The notes beneath the pieces were generated by a model that was not told the origin of the DNA, did not search any database, and saw nothing but the letters and a program-made list of their open reading frames with translations. The translations under genes and the position numbers were made by a program. Of a stretch of DNA of 64,000 nucleotides, positions 21,692 to 30,045 are shown in pieces. Origin of the DNA: an uncultured Nonlabens sp. (GTDB lineage Bacteria > Bacteroidota > Bacteroidia > Flavobacteriales > Flavobacteriaceae); contig NZ_CANLXZ010000013.1 of NCBI RefSeq assembly GCF_947495285.1, positions 29,741 to 93,740 of the forward strand, written 5' to 3'. Within the stretch, counting starts at the first letter, position 1; the number at the start of each line of letters is the position of its first letter.

Positions 21692-22489
21692 TTATTTTAG
21701 GATATCAAACCTATTATCTCTCTTAAAATTTAACGTGTCTACCTTTTTAAAATAATCAATTAGAGCATTTCTTATTTTATAATCTATTTTAGTCATAGGG
21801 GTATCCTTAAAGAAACTCATGTTGTCGCCACCGTTATATAAATAATCGTTAGTAGCTACGGTATATGTTTTATAGTTGTCTATAGGTTTTTTATTAATGA
21901 GAACCTTGTTGATGGAGTGGTCTTTATTTAATAAAATCTGTAAGCCATCTATAGGGTGTGCACTTTTACGTTCTACCAGGTAATTAATCAATTCATGAAC
22001 CTGTTTACCACTTAATTCTGCAATAACAATCTCGTTATCAAATGGCATTATTTCATATGCGCTACGCATAGTTACTGGGCCCGCGTTAAGACCAGATCGT
22101 ATACCACCGTGATTAAGTAATACCATGTCTAATCTCTTGCCGGTTCTAGAATAATACACAGGTTCTCCTTGTGTTCTAACTATAGCTGCCATCATATTTC
22201 CTATAGGAGTGTTAAGCTTATAGTCGTTCTTGTGCATTGAAGTAGGGTTGTAGCTTATCTGCTCGTTCATTTGTCCGTCTAGAGACTTTTTGAAAGGGGC
22301 AATAAAAGCCTCGATTTCTTCAGTACTTTCTAGAGTTGCGTCTACGGCTGTTTGATTTCCTGAGACTTTTTTAAGCTCATATATTTTCTGGCTGCAAGAA
22401 ACTAGTAAGATGGTGGATAGTAATACCGCTTTCGCGAAAGCGGAATGATTAAATACCACCTTACTGTTTACTAACTTATTTTTTTTCAT
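21692..22489 (-). CDS. 5'-nucleotidase C-terminal (substrate-binding) half, lipoprotein
   Basis: Lipobox LVSC; NHGGIRS, MPFDN and ATNDYL..GGD motifs. Confidence 0.87.
   Translation of the reverse strand: MKKNKLVNSKVVFNHSAFAKAVLLSTILLVSCSQKIYELKKVSGNQTAVDATLESTEEIEAFIAPFKKSLDGQMNEQISYNPTSMHKNDYKLNTPIGNMMAAIVRTQGEPVYYSRTGKRLDMVLLNHGGIRSGLNAGPVTMRSAYEIMPFDNEIVIAELSGKQVHELINYLVERKSAHPIDGLQILLNKDHSINKVLINKKPIDNYKTYTVATNDYLYNGGDNMSFFKDTPMTKIDYKIRNALIDYFKKVDTLNFKRDNRFDILK
22427..22442. repeat. 16-bp palindrome, exact, in the signal-peptide coding region (AFAKA)
   Basis: Read directly. Confidence 0.97.
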
Positions 22490-22509
22490 AAAGCTTCGTG
22501 CTATTGTGC

Positions 22510-22517
22510 TACTTTTG
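22510..22517 (+). promoter_or_regulatory. -7 element TACTTTTG of the DUF6913-dapA unit
   Basis: Exact TAnnTTTG upstream of 22544. Confidence 0.6.
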
Positions 22518-22543
22518 TGTAATAGAATAAGTAGTAAAAGTAC

Positions 22544-23056
22544 ATGATTTTTGACGTTTTAAAAAAGCGATGGTTACGTAAAGAGTTCCATAAATTAGAA
22601 AATAGTTGCAGAGAACGCAAGCAACACTGGCCTAAAACGCTTGTTATAGTTTTTGATGCAAATCAAATATCTGATATACAGATTTTTAAAAAGTGGGCCG
22701 TAACTTTACAGATTCCTGTAGAGAATTTAACGCTTCTAGGTTTTACTAAAGACGCAAATAACGATAATCTAGAGGGAGCTGTTTTGTTTGATAAAAACCT
22801 TATTAAATGGAGTGGCGGTATATCATCAGTAGATTTTAAAAAGATCTTGAGTGCGTCTTATGATTTACAAATTAACCATTTTGAATCTCCTAGTTTAATG
22901 ACCAGGTATGTGTCTTTAAAGTTAAATAGTGGTTTTAAAGTAGGGTATGCTTTTCATGAAGAGTGTTCATATGATCTTGCAGTTAACGTTCCATTAACTA
23001 ATCAAGAACTTTTTATCTCGGAAATTGCAAAATATTTAAAAATTCTTAATAATTAA
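22544..23056 (+). CDS. Conserved Bacteroidetes hypothetical protein upstream of dapA (DUF6913-like)
   Basis: 170-aa ORF 1 nt from dapA; conserved position recalled from relatives. Confidence 0.55.
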   Translation: MIFDVLKKRWLRKEFHKLENSCRERKQHWPKTLVIVFDANQISDIQIFKKWAVTLQIPVENLTLLGFTKDANNDNLEGAVLFDKNLIKWSGGISSVDFKKILSASYDLQINHFESPSLMTRYVSLKLNSGFKVGYAFHEECSYDLAVNVPLTNQELFISEIAKYLKILNN

Positions 23057-23057
23057 C

Positions 23058-23936
23058 ATGCAAGATTTAATAGGCACCGGTGTTGCGCTAGTAACACCTT
23101 TTAATGCTCAAGGAGCGATAGATCACGAGGCGTTGTCCCGTATTGTTAACCATCAAATAGATAATGGTGTAGATTATTTAGTGGTTCTAGGTACTACAGG
23201 AGAAAGTGTAACCCTTTCTAAAGAAGAGAAGCAAGAAGTCATTAAAACCATTAAAAATGCAAATGATGGACGTTTACCTTTAGTTCTAGGAATAGGCGGT
23301 AATGACACTGCTGTGGTAGTTAATGAGTTAAAAACTGCAAATTTAGAAAGTTTTGTAGCGATTTTATCTGTGTCGCCGGCATATAATAAGCCTACTCAAG
23401 AAGGAATTTTTCAACATTTCAAAGCTGTGTCTGAGGCTAGTCCTTTGCCGGTTATTTTGTATAATGTCCCAGGAAGAACAGGTTCTAATATGGCTGTAGA
23501 AACCGTAGTTAGATTATCTCAATTTGACAACGTAGTTGCTATAAAAGAGGCTGCAGGTGATCTGGTGCAAGCTATGAATATGATTCAATATACTCCCAAA
23601 GATTTTCTTGTGATATCTGGAGATGATATGATAGCAAATGCAATGACACTAGCAGGAGGTGCCGGTGTAATATCAGTAATAGGTCAGGCTATGGCACAAG
23701 ATTTTTCTGATATGATACGTTATTCCTTAAATGGAGATGTAGGAGAGTCTTATGAATTGCATTATAAAATAGCGGCTAGCATAGATATGATTTTTGAACA
23801 AGGTAATCCTTCTGGAATAAAAACATTATTACATCATCTAGGTTTATGCGATGACGGTGTAAGATTACCGTTAATAAAAGCAGATAAAGACCTAAGTTCA
23901 AGATTAAAATCTTTTTTAGACCAATACGAGAATTAA
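23058..23936 (+). CDS. dapA: 4-hydroxy-tetrahydrodipicolinate synthase
   Basis: GTTGES, YNVPGRT and AIKEA motifs. Confidence 0.97.
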   Translation: MQDLIGTGVALVTPFNAQGAIDHEALSRIVNHQIDNGVDYLVVLGTTGESVTLSKEEKQEVIKTIKNANDGRLPLVLGIGGNDTAVVVNELKTANLESFVAILSVSPAYNKPTQEGIFQHFKAVSEASPLPVILYNVPGRTGSNMAVETVVRLSQFDNVVAIKEAAGDLVQAMNMIQYTPKDFLVISGDDMIANAMTLAGGAGVISVIGQAMAQDFSDMIRYSLNGDVGESYELHYKIAASIDMIFEQGNPSGIKTLLHHLGLCDDGVRLPLIKADKDLSSRLKSFLDQYEN

Positions 23937-23987
23937 AATCATTAAGTTAAGCAGTGTGAACGGGCTTTCTTTTTCCATAGAAAAAGT

Positions 23988-23995
23988 TACATTTG
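23988..23995 (+). promoter_or_regulatory. -7 element TACATTTG of the bamD operon
   Basis: Exact TAnnTTTG, 19 nt before the ATG. Confidence 0.65.
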
Positions 23996-24014
23996 CAGCC
24001 CATTAAAGTTAAGT

Positions 24015-24827
24015 ATGAAAAACCTTGTTGTAGTAGTAATTGTAGCCATAAGCCTGGCTAGTTGTAGTTCTTATCAAAAAGCTCTTAAGTCAGAAGATAA
24101 TGCTGTAAAAGTAGCCATGATAGACACATTGTTTGCAAAAGGTAAGTTCGGGAAAAGTTTAATGCTTTTTGAGCAAATTATACCGGTTTATCGTGGTACA
24201 GACAGTGCTGCGCCTATGGCTATTAAGTATGCCAAAGCTTTATATGAAGATAAAGATTATGTGAATAGCGCTTATCAATATGAGCGTTTTATACAATCTC
24301 ACCCAGCAAATCCTAATGCACAACTTGCTTTATTTATGGCTGCAAAGAGTCATTATCACATGTCTCCTGTATATTCAAAAGACCAAAAGAACACAAATAT
24401 AGCGCTCACTAAACTACAGGAGTATGTTAACCTTTATCCTTCTGGTCAGTTTGCTGAGGAAACGAACGTACTGGTAGATGAATTGAGGTCTAAGTTAGAT
24501 AGAAAAGCATATGAGACGGCAAAACAGTACCATCATTTCGGTAACTTTAGAGGCGGTTATATATCGGCAATAAGTGCGTTTGAGAATTTTATACTAGATC
24601 ATCCAGGTTCAGAATATCAAGATGATGCTCAATATTATTTGCTAGAATCTCAATATGAATATGCTATGAATAGTTTTTCTAACTTAGTTCCAGAAAGACT
24701 GGCTCTCGCTAAGAAATATTATGATACCTTTGCACAACGTTATCCTAATAGTGAGTATAAAGAAAATGCTGACGATATACTCGCTAAAATAGAGGATTAT
24801 AATTCTAAGAATACAAGTAAAATATAA
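24015..24827 (+). CDS. bamD: Outer-membrane assembly lipoprotein BamD
   Basis: Lipobox LASC, TPR repeats and conserved position before rpoZ-coaBC. Confidence 0.92.
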   Translation: MKNLVVVVIVAISLASCSSYQKALKSEDNAVKVAMIDTLFAKGKFGKSLMLFEQIIPVYRGTDSAAPMAIKYAKALYEDKDYVNSAYQYERFIQSHPANPNAQLALFMAAKSHYHMSPVYSKDQKNTNIALTKLQEYVNLYPSGQFAEETNVLVDELRSKLDRKAYETAKQYHHFGNFRGGYISAISAFENFILDHPGSEYQDDAQYYLLESQYEYAMNSFSNLVPERLALAKKYYDTFAQRYPNSEYKENADDILAKIEDYNSKNTSKI

Positions 24828-24829
24828 CA

Positions 24830-25156
24830 ATGGATACTAAAAACCTAACAGCTCCTAACACGACTATTACTTATAACCGTGATGCATTAACTGCTCCTAC
24901 AGGTAATATGTATGAGGCGATTTCTATTATCGCAAAACGTGCTGAACAGATCAATACAGATGTAAGAGAAGAACTTGTTGAAAAACTAGAAGAATTTGCT
25001 ACTTATAACGACTCTCTAGAAGAAGTCTTTGAAAATAAAGAACAAATTGAGGTTTCTAAATTTTATGAACGCTTACCTAAACCTGCTGCTATCGCAGTTG
25101 AAGAATGGTTAGAAGGGAAAATCTACTTTAGAGATACAAGCGTTACTCAAGGATAA
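24830..25156 (+). CDS. rpoZ: RNA polymerase omega subunit (Bacteroidetes type)
   Basis: GNMYEAISIIAKRAEQI and ERLPKP motifs; synteny. Confidence 0.85.
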   Translation: MDTKNLTAPNTTITYNRDALTAPTGNMYEAISIIAKRAEQINTDVREELVEKLEEFATYNDSLEEVFENKEQIEVSKFYERLPKPAAIAVEEWLEGKIYFRDTSVTQG

Positions 25157-25169
25157 TTTACAAATAATT

Positions 25170-26378
25170 ATGTCTGTATTAAGTGGTAAAAATGTATTGC
25201 TAGGTGTAACCGGTGGTATAGCCGCTTATAAAGCTACTTATCTAGTGCGCCTGCTTGTAAAAGCGGGCGCTGCTGTTAAGGTGGTTATGACACCAGCTGC
25301 AAGAGAGTTTGTGACACCACTTACCTTATCTACACTCTCTAAAAATCCTGTTTTAAGTCATTTTACAAATCAAGAAGACGATAATGATACCTGGAATAAT
25401 CATGTAGAATTAGGGCTCTGGGCTGACTTAATGATTATAGCACCTGCTACCGCAAATACCATGAGTAAAATGGTGAACGGGACTATAGATAATTTATTAC
25501 TAGCAGTCTACTGTAGTGCAAAATGTCCTGTTTATTATGCTCCAGCAATGGATCTGGACATGTATAAACACCCATCTACACAATGCAATTTTGATCAACT
25601 CAACGTCTATGGTAATCTCATGATTCCTGCAGGTGATGGAGAACTAGCTAGTGGGTTATCTGGTAAAGGCCGCATGGCAGAGCCTGGAGAGATACTTAGT
25701 TTTGTTGAAAAAGACATTTCTAATAAATTACCATTAAAAGATAAAGTTTGCCTAATTACCGCCGGCCCGACATACGAGTCTATCGATCCTGTGCGTTTTA
25801 TAGGCAATTATAGTAGTGGTAAAATGGGGGCTGCCATAGCGCTAGAATTAGCAAATCGAGGCGCGTCAGTAAAATTAATTATGGGACCCAGTCATGTTAA
25901 GACAGATCATGAACTCATAGACAGAATAGACGTAAAAAGTGCGCAACAAATGTACGATGCAGTACATTCTATCGTTGCTACTACAGATGTCGCAATATTT
26001 AGTGCTGCGGTTGCAGATTATAGACCTAAAAACCCTGTTGATCAAAAAATAAAAAAGAAGTCTAATACGTTAACTATAGAGTTAGTCAAGAATCCGGATA
26101 TTTTAGCTAGTGTAGGAGCTATGGTGAAAAAACCATTTTTAGTAGGTTTTGCTTTAGAAACAGAAAATGAATTAGAACACGCTTTCGCGAAAGCGGAAAA
26201 GAAACAAACTGATTTACTAGTATTAAATTCTACGCGGGATAAAGGTGCTGGTTTTGGAGTAGATACTAATAAAATTGCGATTATAGATAAGAATAAAAAT
26301 GTTTCAAGATATGAGACAAAACTGAAAACCGAAGTAGCAAAAGATATCGTAGATGAAATTATTAAAAGGATTTTATAG
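25170..26378 (+). CDS. coaBC: Phosphopantothenoylcysteine decarboxylase/ligase
   Basis: GGIAAYK, PAMDLDMY, TAGPT.E.IDPVRFIGN.SSGKMG and GFALETEN motifs. Confidence 0.97.
   Translation: MSVLSGKNVLLGVTGGIAAYKATYLVRLLVKAGAAVKVVMTPAAREFVTPLTLSTLSKNPVLSHFTNQEDDNDTWNNHVELGLWADLMIIAPATANTMSKMVNGTIDNLLLAVYCSAKCPVYYAPAMDLDMYKHPSTQCNFDQLNVYGNLMIPAGDGELASGLSGKGRMAEPGEILSFVEKDISNKLPLKDKVCLITAGPTYESIDPVRFIGNYSSGKMGAAIALELANRGASVKLIMGPSHVKTDHELIDRIDVKSAQQMYDAVHSIVATTDVAIFSAAVADYRPKNPVDQKIKKKSNTLTIELVKNPDILASVGAMVKKPFLVGFALETENELEHAFAKAEKKQTDLLVLNSTRDKGAGFGVDTNKIAIIDKNKNVSRYETKLKTEVAKDIVDEIIKRIL
26180..26195. repeat. 16-bp palindrome, exact, inside coaBC (AFAKA)
   Basis: Read directly. Confidence 0.97.
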
Positions 26379-27255
26379 TTTTCTTGTTTTATTTTGTGCA
26401 GTGTCAACTGTAAATGCTCAAGAACTTAATTTTACTGTAAAGGTAAATGCGCAGAATGTTGCACAGCCCGATCAAACTATTTTTACTACTTTAGAAACTT
26501 CAATTCAAGAGTTTTTAAATAATACAAAATGGACAGATCAAAAATTTAAGGACATTGAAAAAATTAATGCTTCTCTAGTTTTTGTTGTTACTAATTATGA
26601 TAACGACAGATTTAGTGGCAATTTTCAAATATCTGTTTCTAGACCAGTTTATAACTCTTCTTATACGACTCCCATATTTAATTTTAAGGATAACGATATC
26701 GCCTTTGAATATGTTGAATATGCACCCTTTTTTTATAATGCAAATCAATTTGAGAATAACTTAATATCGCTTATTTCTTTTTACGCTTATACGACACTAG
26801 GTATAGATGCTGATACCTTTGAACAAAGAGGTGGGCAGCAATTTCACGAGCAAGCGCAGACTATAGTAAGTCTAGCCCAGGGCTCGCAAGGAGTCGCTGG
26901 GTGGAAAGCAAGTGATGGGCTGCTTAGTAGATTTAGGCTTAATGACGACATCCTTTCAGATACTTATAAAGAATATAGAAACGTAATGTATGATTACCAT
27001 TTAAATGGGTTAGATACTTTTTCTAAAGACTCTAAGAGTGGTAAAATTACATTAAAGAAGTACATCATGCAATTTGAAGAATTACATAGTCGCCGACCTA
27101 ACAGTTTGTTACAGCGTACATTCTTTGATGCAAAGGCAGACGAGATATTGAGTATTTACTCTTCTGGACCGGCTGTAGATATAAGGGATATAAAAACCTC
27201 CCTGCAAAAACTTGCACCTAATCAGTCTTCAAAATGGCGCAATATTAAGGTGTAA
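26353..27255 (+). CDS. porD: DUF4835 family, type IX secretion system component PorD
   Basis: Signal peptide ending AQELN; SRPVYNSSYTTP and FYAY..LG.DADTF motifs; coaBC-recN synteny. Confidence 0.78.
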   Translation: MKLLKGFYSFLVLFCAVSTVNAQELNFTVKVNAQNVAQPDQTIFTTLETSIQEFLNNTKWTDQKFKDIEKINASLVFVVTNYDNDRFSGNFQISVSRPVYNSSYTTPIFNFKDNDIAFEYVEYAPFFYNANQFENNLISLISFYAYTTLGIDADTFEQRGGQQFHEQAQTIVSLAQGSQGVAGWKASDGLLSRFRLNDDILSDTYKEYRNVMYDYHLNGLDTFSKDSKSGKITLKKYIMQFEELHSRRPNSLLQRTFFDAKADEILSIYSSGPAVDIRDIKTSLQKLAPNQSSKWRNIKV

Positions 27256-27339
27256 CTTCTTTTTTACGTCCCTCTTTTTGCCTAGATTTATGTTTTATAA
27301 ACTGGTAGTTCTTTAACTGCTCAAATAGCTGTAAACAAA

Positions 27340-29019
27340 TTGCTTAAACATATTCAAATAGAGAATTTTGCACTGATCGATTCACTAGAATTAGATCTTA
27401 AAAATGGGCTTACCATGATTACCGGTGAAACTGGTGCTGGTAAATCAATTTTATTAGGTGCATTAGGATTGATATTAGGTAACCGTGCAGATTTAAGCGC
27501 CATAAGAGACACCTCACGTAAATGTGTTGTAGAAGCCCAGTTTGATATTTCTGATTTAGAGCTCAATACTTTATTTGAAGCAGCAGATCTGGATTATGAA
27601 AACTTGAGTTTTTTGCGCAGAGAGATTCTACCTTCTGGTAAAAGTAGAGCGTTTATCAACGACACTCCTGTGACACTTTCTGTTATGAATACTATAGGTA
27701 AGCGTCTTATAGATATTCATTCCCAGCACCAGACATTGCAACTTTCTAAAGATACTTTTCAAATAGAGGTCTTAAATGCTTTTCTTATAGAAAACACTAA
27801 AGACTCAAAAAAGCCTGCATCCCAACTATTCAATAGTTATAAGGATGAATTACTTGTTTACAATAATGCAAAGAAAGAACTCAAAAAATTACAAGGTCAG
27901 GAAGCTCAGTTATCTAAAGACTTAGATTACAATAATTTTTTACTATCAGAATTAGAAGAGGCTGGCTTAGATCAATTAGATCAAAAAGCGCTAGAAGAAG
28001 AGAATGAGCAGTTGAGTAATGTAGAGAGTATTACTGAAGTTTTTACAGAATTTAACAACACAATTTCTCAAGACGATCTAGGAATGTTAGATCAATTAAG
28101 GCATTTACAAAATAATTTTTCTAAAATAAGTGAATTCTCTAAGGTGTATTCTTCTTTAAAGGAACGACTTTCTTCAGTTCTTTTAGAGCTAGAAGATATA
28201 TATCAAGAATCTTCTCTAGAGGCCGATAAGATAGAAGCAGATCCAGAACGTTTACTTCAAATTAATAATTCTATACGGTTATTAGAAGATCTGTATAGAA
28301 AGCACCAAGTAGATACAGTAGATTCTTTAAAAGAGCTTAGAGATGAGCTTGCAGATAAAGTCTTTATTTCACAAGGTCTTGATAAAAAGATACAACAGCA
28401 AGAAAAGAAATTAAATGATGCTCAAGTAAGTCTAACAAAATTAGGATCTAAAATATCTAAGGAAAGAAGTCAGTACAAAACAGCTCTAGAAAAAGAAGTT
28501 TTGAGTGTAGTAAAGGCGTTAGGCATGCCAGATGCTCAATTTAAAGTAGATATAACACCGCTAGGTGCCTTTGGGCAAACAGGGATAGATCAAATACAAT
28601 TTCTTTTTACTGCAAATAAAGGTTCTCAGCTATTGTCGTTAGATAAAGCAGCGTCTGGAGGAGAGTTGTCCAGGTTAATGTTAGCTATTAAATCTATACT
28701 CGCAAGATGCAAAAAATTACCTACTATAATATTTGATGAGATTGATACCGGTGTCAGTGGTTCTATAGCTACTATGATGGCAGTTATTATGAAATCTATG
28801 AGTACAGGAATGCAGGTAATGGCTATCACCCATTTGCCACAAATTGCTGCATCAGGAAATGATCATTTAATCGTTAAAAAAATAACAGCAAACAATAAGA
28901 CAGTAAGCACTATTCAACGACTTAATGAAGAGGAGAGACTAGAAGAAATAGCCCAGATGTTAAGTGGTGGGACTATTTCTGATGCTGCAAGAGAAAATGC
29001 TCGTGCGCTACTCAATTAG
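27340..29019 (+). CDS. recN: DNA repair protein RecN
   Basis: GETGAGKS, ASGGELSR and IFDEIDTGVSG motifs; TTG start. Confidence 0.97.
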   Translation: MLKHIQIENFALIDSLELDLKNGLTMITGETGAGKSILLGALGLILGNRADLSAIRDTSRKCVVEAQFDISDLELNTLFEAADLDYENLSFLRREILPSGKSRAFINDTPVTLSVMNTIGKRLIDIHSQHQTLQLSKDTFQIEVLNAFLIENTKDSKKPASQLFNSYKDELLVYNNAKKELKKLQGQEAQLSKDLDYNNFLLSELEEAGLDQLDQKALEEENEQLSNVESITEVFTEFNNTISQDDLGMLDQLRHLQNNFSKISEFSKVYSSLKERLSSVLLELEDIYQESSLEADKIEADPERLLQINNSIRLLEDLYRKHQVDTVDSLKELRDELADKVFISQGLDKKIQQQEKKLNDAQVSLTKLGSKISKERSQYKTALEKEVLSVVKALGMPDAQFKVDITPLGAFGQTGIDQIQFLFTANKGSQLLSLDKAASGGELSRLMLAIKSILARCKKLPTIIFDEIDTGVSGSIATMMAVIMKSMSTGMQVMAITHLPQIAASGNDHLIVKKITANNKTVSTIQRLNEEERLEEIAQMLSGGTISDAARENARALLN

Positions 29020-29022
29020 TTT

Positions 29023-29030
29023 TATATTTG
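29023..29030 (+). promoter_or_regulatory. -7 element TATATTTG of fabI
   Basis: Exact TAnnTTTG, 17 nt before the ATG. Confidence 0.65.
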
Positions 29031-29047
29031 CTGCCTAATCAAGAATT

Positions 29048-29854
29048 ATGGCTTACAATTTATTAAAAGGAAAAAGAGGAATAATATTTGGTGCTCTAGA
29101 TGAAAACTCTATCGCATGGAAAACAGCTCAATTAGCTCATGATGAAGGAGCTACCTTTGTACTCACTAATGCACCAGTTGCTATGCGTATGGGGCAAATT
29201 AAAGAACTCGCCGAAAAAACAGGTAGTGAAATAATTCCTGCAGATGCGACAAGTATTGAAGATCTTGAAAACTTAGTAAAAAAGTCTGTAGAGATTTTAG
29301 GAGGTAAATTAGACTTTGTCCTTCACTCCATAGGTATGAGCGTAAACGTGCGTAAAGGAAATCTATACACAGATCAAAACTACAAGTACACTGAAAAAGG
29401 ATGGGACGTTAGCGCTGTTTCCTTTCATAAAGTAATGCAAACGTTACATAAGAATGACGCTATGAATGAATGGGGTAGTATCGTAGCTTTAACTTATATG
29501 GCTGCACAACGTACTTTCCCAGATTACAACGATATGGCAGATAATAAGGCCTATCTAGAATCTATTGCACGTAGTTTCGGTTATTTCTTTGGTAAAGATA
29601 AAAAAGTGCGAGTAAATACCATCTCTCAATCACCTACACCTACAACAGCCGGTAGTGGGGTTAAAGGCTTTGATGGTTTTATAAACTATGCCGAAAAGAT
29701 GAGTCCGTTAGGTAATGCTACTGCACAAGATTGTGCTGAGTATACCATGACTCTATTTTCTGACTACACTAAAAAAGTTACCATGCAAAACCTTTTCCAT
29801 GATGGAGGATTTTCTAATACTGGAGTTAGTCAAGAAGTAATTGAAAAGTTCTAA
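29048..29854 (+). CDS. fabI: Enoyl-ACP reductase
   Basis: SIAW, Y.DMADNKAYLES, RVNTISQSP and FHDGGFS motifs. Confidence 0.92.
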   Translation: MAYNLLKGKRGIIFGALDENSIAWKTAQLAHDEGATFVLTNAPVAMRMGQIKELAEKTGSEIIPADATSIEDLENLVKKSVEILGGKLDFVLHSIGMSVNVRKGNLYTDQNYKYTEKGWDVSAVSFHKVMQTLHKNDAMNEWGSIVALTYMAAQRTFPDYNDMADNKAYLESIARSFGYFFGKDKKVRVNTISQSPTPTTAGSGVKGFDGFINYAEKMSPLGNATAQDCAEYTMTLFSDYTKKVTMQNLFHDGGFSNTGVSQEVIEKF

Positions 29855-29880
29855 ATAAAAGAAATTCATTTTAAATAATT

Positions 29881-29908
29881 AAAAGCCTTATCTGTGGATA
29901 AGGCTTTT
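29881..29908 (+). terminator. fabI intrinsic terminator that contains a consensus DnaA box
   Basis: AAAAGCCTTATC-tgtg-GATAAGGCTTTT perfect stem; TGTGGATAA (29893-29901) is the reverse complement of TTATCCACA. Confidence 0.8.
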
Positions 29909-29918
29909 TCTGTTTTAT

Positions 29919-29934
29919 CGCTTTCGCGAAAGCG
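29919..29934. repeat. 16-bp palindrome, exact, intergenic just after the fabI terminator
   Basis: Read directly; arms extend TTTTAT...GATAAAA with a one-base bulge. Confidence 0.97.
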
Positions 29935-30045
29935 GATAAAATCAATAAACAGCTATGAAAATGCAATTATTTTATTAAATTATTGTTAATAACAATTGAA
30001 AATCATTACATTAGCACGCAATTATCTAATCCAAAACAAACCTAA

